A DNA stretch of 64,000 nt from Oscillospiraceae bacterium (GTDB lineage: Bacteria > Bacillota > Clostridia > Oscillospirales > Ruminococcaceae). The stretch's first letter is position 1. Each line of letters starts with the position of its first letter. The position numbers and the translations under genes were made by a program. Below the pieces are notes generated by a model. The model was not told the DNA's origin. It saw only the letters and a program-made list of their open reading frames with translations, and searched no databases. The stretch is from NCBI GenBank assembly GCA_017550355.1, contig JAFZPL010000128.1, positions 24,516-88,515 on the forward strand. The letters run 5' to 3'. Below are positions 61,328 to 64,000 of this stretch, piece by piece.

Positions 61328-61822
61328 ATGACTGAGCAATTTCCCATGCAAAAATATGTAATCAGTATTCTGGTGGCGAACCAGTTTGGTGTGCTGACAC
61401 GTGTGGCGGCGCTCTTTGCACGGCGCGGCTTCAACATCGACAGCCTGACCGTCGGCGAGACTGAAACGCCGCAGCTTTCGCGTATCACGGTTGTCGCACA
61501 CGGCTCCGCGCATGACAAGGAGCAGATGATGCTCCAGCTCGAAAAGCTCGAGGATGTCACCGAGATTCGAGAAATGGCGCCGCACGACAGTATGAGCCGT
61601 GAGCTGCTGCTCATTAAGGTCGGGACGGATTCCACGACGCGCCACGAGATCCTCGATATCGTGAATGTGTTCCGCGCAAAGATCATCGACTATGCGCGGG
61701 ATTCCATCTGTATTGAGACCACGGGCGAAACGAGCAAAATTGATGCGTTCATTGATCTGATGCGCCCATACGGCATTGTGAAACTCTGCCGGACGGGTAT
61801 CGTCGCACTGGAACGCGGGTGA
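61328..61822 (+). CDS. ilvN: Acetolactate synthase small (regulatory, ACT-domain) subunit
   Basis: ISILVANQFGVLTRVAALFARRGFNIDSLTVGETE...SRITVV is the IlvH/IlvN signature. No large-subunit gene is adjacent. Confidence 0.85.
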   Translation: MTEQFPMQKYVISILVANQFGVLTRVAALFARRGFNIDSLTVGETETPQLSRITVVAHGSAHDKEQMMLQLEKLEDVTEIREMAPHDSMSRELLLIKVGTDSTTRHEILDIVNVFRAKIIDYARDSICIETTGETSKIDAFIDLMRPYGIVKLCRTGIVALERG

Positions 61823-61831
61823 GGGAAGCAT

Positions 61832-62179
61832 ATGAATATTCAGATTTTCGGCAAAGCGAAATGCCACGACACCAAGAAGGCGGAGCGCTTTTTTAAGGAG
61901 CGCAATATCAAATTTCAGTCGATCGATCTGCCGTCCAAGGGAATGAGCAAGCGCGAGCTGGAGAGCGTTCTGCGCGGGATCGGCTGCACGCTGCTTGACC
62001 TGCTGGACGAGAAGCATCCGGATGCGGCACTCGTGAAATATCTGCTGCCGGACGCACAGCAGGAGCGTTTTCTCGAGGATCCCTCCCTTTTTCGCACGCC
62101 GATCGTCCGAAACGGGCAGAAGGCGACGCTCGGAGAGGCATCGGCAGTCTGGAAGCAGTGGATCGCTGAGGAGACGTGA
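61832..62179 (+). CDS. ArsC/Spx/YffB-family thioredoxin-fold protein
   Basis: MNIQIFGKAKCHDTKKAERFFKERNIKFQSIDL... and FRTPIVRNG. 115 aa. Confidence 0.75.
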   Translation: MNIQIFGKAKCHDTKKAERFFKERNIKFQSIDLPSKGMSKRELESVLRGIGCTLLDLLDEKHPDAALVKYLLPDAQQERFLEDPSLFRTPIVRNGQKATLGEASAVWKQWIAEET

Positions 62180-62658
62180 CCATGCAGCTTGAGGTGATCC
62201 GCGCCGCTGAAACATGGCAGCAGGCGGGCGCGTATTATGTGCGTATTCAGGGCATGGCAAAGCAGCACGGCATCACGCTGCGCCGCGAATTTGATGAACA
62301 TGACACGCCCGACACGAAATATATCGTGCTGACGGATGCCGATTTCCCCGTCGCGACATGCAGGTTTTATCCGCTTTCGGATGCGGCGGCGATGATCGGG
62401 AGAGTCGTGGTGCTGCCGGAATACCGCGGAAAGGGGCTCGGCAGCCGCGTGATCGCGGAGGCGGAGGCATGGCTCGCGGAAATGGGATACACCGTGACGG
62501 TGGTCGAGAGTCGCGTGACGGCAGTTGGGTTCTATGAGAAGCTCGGCTATGCGGTGACGGACGAAACCGTCATTCACGGCGAAACCTTTGATTGCATCCG
62601 TATGGAAAAGCAGGCAGCACCTGCCGGCAGCAGCGCCGTTTTTCCGGTTCATGAATGA
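62176..62658 (+). CDS. GNAT-family N-acetyltransferase
   Basis: Acetyl-CoA motif A RVVVLPEYRGKGLGSRVI and FYEKLGY. The start overlaps the upstream stop. Confidence 0.85.
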   Translation: MTMQLEVIRAAETWQQAGAYYVRIQGMAKQHGITLRREFDEHDTPDTKYIVLTDADFPVATCRFYPLSDAAAMIGRVVVLPEYRGKGLGSRVIAEAEAWLAEMGYTVTVVESRVTAVGFYEKLGYAVTDETVIHGETFDCIRMEKQAAPAGSSAVFPVHE

Positions 62659-62673
62659 ATATGGGCATGAGAA

Positions 62674-62727
62674 CACCCGACTTGCATGATTGAATGTGCT
62701 AGACATTCTTTCAGCGCGAGTCGGGTG
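62674..62727. repeat. Palindromic hairpin element CACCCGACT..GCGAGTCGGGTG, copy 2
   Basis: cacccgacttgc pairs with gcgagtcgggtg (12 bp, one G-U, ~30-nt loop), 16 nt after the GNAT stop. The arm gcgagtcgggtgctt is identical to 43029-43043. Confidence 0.75.
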
Positions 62728-62778
62728 CTTTGATGATATGAATACCAGAACGCGAAAATGCCGGCGCGGGCTTCGAGC

Positions 62779-62928
62779 AAAATACAAAGCCGATCTTCCG
62801 GAAGAAAGATCGGCTTTGCATTTACGGGTATACGAGAGGGCGATTGAGGCGATGATTTATCATGAAACGGCGGGCGTGCTGAGAATGTTTTCCTCATTGC
62901 GGTAAAGCCCTTGCTGTTCCTGCTCGCC
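62779..62928 (-). ncRNA. Candidate stand-alone small RNA (~150 nt), family unknown
   Basis: Bounded by a consensus promoter (62935-62963) and a strong intrinsic terminator (62785-62818 plus a U-tract). No SD-preceded ORF inside. No minus-strand gene downstream. Confidence 0.45.
62785..62818 (-). terminator. Intrinsic terminator (minus orientation)
   Basis: Minus strand: caaagccgatctttc pairs with ggaagatcggctttg (15 bp including one G-U, UUCC tetraloop), followed by UAUUUUG. Confidence 0.75.
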
Positions 62929-62934
62929 AAGTTT

Positions 62935-62963
62935 ATTATAGCACTTCTTACCAAATTCGTCAA
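62935..62963 (-). promoter_or_regulatory. Orphan consensus sigma-70 promoter (minus strand)
   Basis: Minus strand reads TTGACG (62963-62958), 17 nt, TATAAT (62940-62935), with TGC as an extended -10. Confidence 0.65.
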
Positions 62964-63040
62964 GGGGTTTTTGCGCATTATTCCGAAAATCAGCAGAGTG
63001 ACCAGAAATCACAGAATTTGCTTGTATATTTTGCTATCAA

Positions 63041-64000
63041 CTATACTGCGTGTAGAATTTTGCGGATTTTGTTTATAAATTGCGCAAACAGAGAATCCTT
63101 CGTGCTATCATCGGAATAGATTACCTCCTGCGCGGCATAGAGCGGCACACGCCCGATTTCCGCTTTACCGTTTGTATATATCAACTCACCGATTACAGTA
63201 TCGCGTGAAACAGGCGCATAAAGGAACGGCGGAAGGATCACCTGCATCATATATTCCGGCATTGCACCGCGCCACGCCGTCACCGGAACAGGCTCTTTTG
63301 CATAGACCGGGACGCGCTGTGCGTCTCCGCCTTCCACCGCGATCTCCAGATCGGTCGGCAGCGGCAGTGTGCTTGCCTCCCCCAGCCGGAAGCCGTAGTC
63401 GTAGAGCACCTTGTGGTCAGCCCAGTCATTGCGGTCGGACAGTGTCACGCAGATCAGTGTCCTGCCCTCGTGCTCCGCCGCGCTCACGAGACAGCGTCCC
63501 GCCGCATCCGTAAACCCGGTCTTGACGCCGATCACGCGGCTGTCCGTTGTCAGCAGCTTATTTGTGTTTTTCAGCGTATGCGGCGCAGGCGGATTTCCGA
63601 ACACCGCACTCATGCTCGGCTGACTGCAAATCGCGGCAAACTCTGGGTTGTTCAGTGCTTCCCGTGCAAGCAGCGCCATATCCCGCGCAGATGCACCGTG
63701 GCCGGGCGCGTCCAGACCGGAGGGCGACGCGAAAAATGTGTGCGACATGCCGATTTCCTGCGCACGTTCGTTCATGCGGTCGAGAAACGCCTGCACATTC
63801 CCCGAAACCGCGACGGCGGCGGCATTGGCGGCATGGTTGCCGGAGGGCAGAAGCATTCCGATGCAGAGCGCACGTTTTGTGACTGTGTCGCCCTCCCGCA
63901 GCCCCATCGACGATCCTTCTACACGGATACCGGTCGGATCGACAGTGAACGGCACATCAAGTTCGCCGCTTTCAAGTGTCAGAAGCGCAGTCATGATCTT
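63041..64000 (-). CDS. D-alanyl-D-alanine carboxypeptidase (S11, PBP5/DacB-like), N-terminus beyond window
   Basis: SxN (LLPSGNHAANAAA) and KTG (GVKTGFTDAAG) motifs plus a C-terminal beta-sandwich domain. The frame is open to the window edge. Stop TAG is at 63041-63043. Confidence 0.85.
   Translation of the reverse strand, partial: KIMTALLTLESGELDVPFTVDPTGIRVEGSSMGLREGDTVTKRALCIGMLLPSGNHAANAAAVAVSGNVQAFLDRMNERAQEIGMSHTFFASPSGLDAPGHGASARDMALLAREALNNPEFAAICSQPSMSAVFGNPPAPHTLKNTNKLLTTDSRVIGVKTGFTDAAGRCLVSAAEHEGRTLICVTLSDRNDWADHKVLYDYGFRLGEASTLPLPTDLEIAVEGGDAQRVPVYAKEPVPVTAWRGAMPEYMMQVILPPFLYAPVSRDTVIGELIYTNGKAEIGRVPLYAAQEVIYSDDSTKDSLFAQFINKIRKILHAV

Noticed and set aside
62649-62978. ORFs 62649-62978 (minus, 109 aa) and 62690-62905 (plus, 71 aa) in the GNAT-dacB gap.
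   Set aside because: They have no SD, odd composition, and both read straight through a 15-bp terminator stem and the palindromic repeat. A non-coding interpretation is preferred.
1-64000. Prophage, IS element, integrase, tRNA or rRNA genes, and known defence systems (RM, CRISPR-Cas, toxin-antitoxin, retron/RT).
   Set aside because: I read through all ORFs and intergenic gaps and found no transposase, integrase or RT motifs, no cloverleaf-like sequences, and no recognisable defence gene signatures.

Overview
GC-rich Clostridia-type chromosome segment. The gene order and protein families look Oscillospiraceae/Ruminococcaceae-like, and a dockerin-bearing GH48 implies a cellulosome producer. 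I call about 70 CDS and one RNase P RNA. I saw no tRNA, rRNA, CRISPR array, transposase, integrase or phage genes. Most of the window is core housekeeping in conserved blocks: minD-like/mgsA/hisS/PBP2; yicC-remA-gmk-rpoZ-priA ... def-fmt-Zn peptidase-rsmB-rlmN-stp-prkC-rsgA; mutL ... miaA-hfq; yggS-sepF-divIVA-lspA-rluD. Many operons start with near-perfect TTGACA-17-TATAAT promoters. Because such promoters are so clean here, promoter-like sites with no gene behind them stand out. Accessory or unexplained parts worth a second look: (1) an ECF sigma/anti-sigma pair (2251-4508) whose extracytoplasmic part is built from two repeat modules I cannot assign, and which also make up two upstream (lipo)proteins; (2) two tandem, strongly acidic 224-aa paralogs right after rnpB; (3) an operon of an ADP-ribosylglycohydrolase plus three tandem DUF3810-like HExxH membrane proteins, divergent from a PRK06851-like P-loop gene; (4) an orphan consensus promoter plus strong terminator on the minus strand (62779-62963), giving a candidate ~150-nt sRNA; (5) three families of short interspersed repeats (AATGAGAAA-type, a GA-rich GGA-motif tract, and a CACCCGACTCGCG palindromic hairpin), one copy lying in-frame inside the mutL linker; (6) a 175-nt structured leader in front of an orphan MinD-like ATPase. 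All family assignments come from motif recognition by eye. No database search or folding computation was run.
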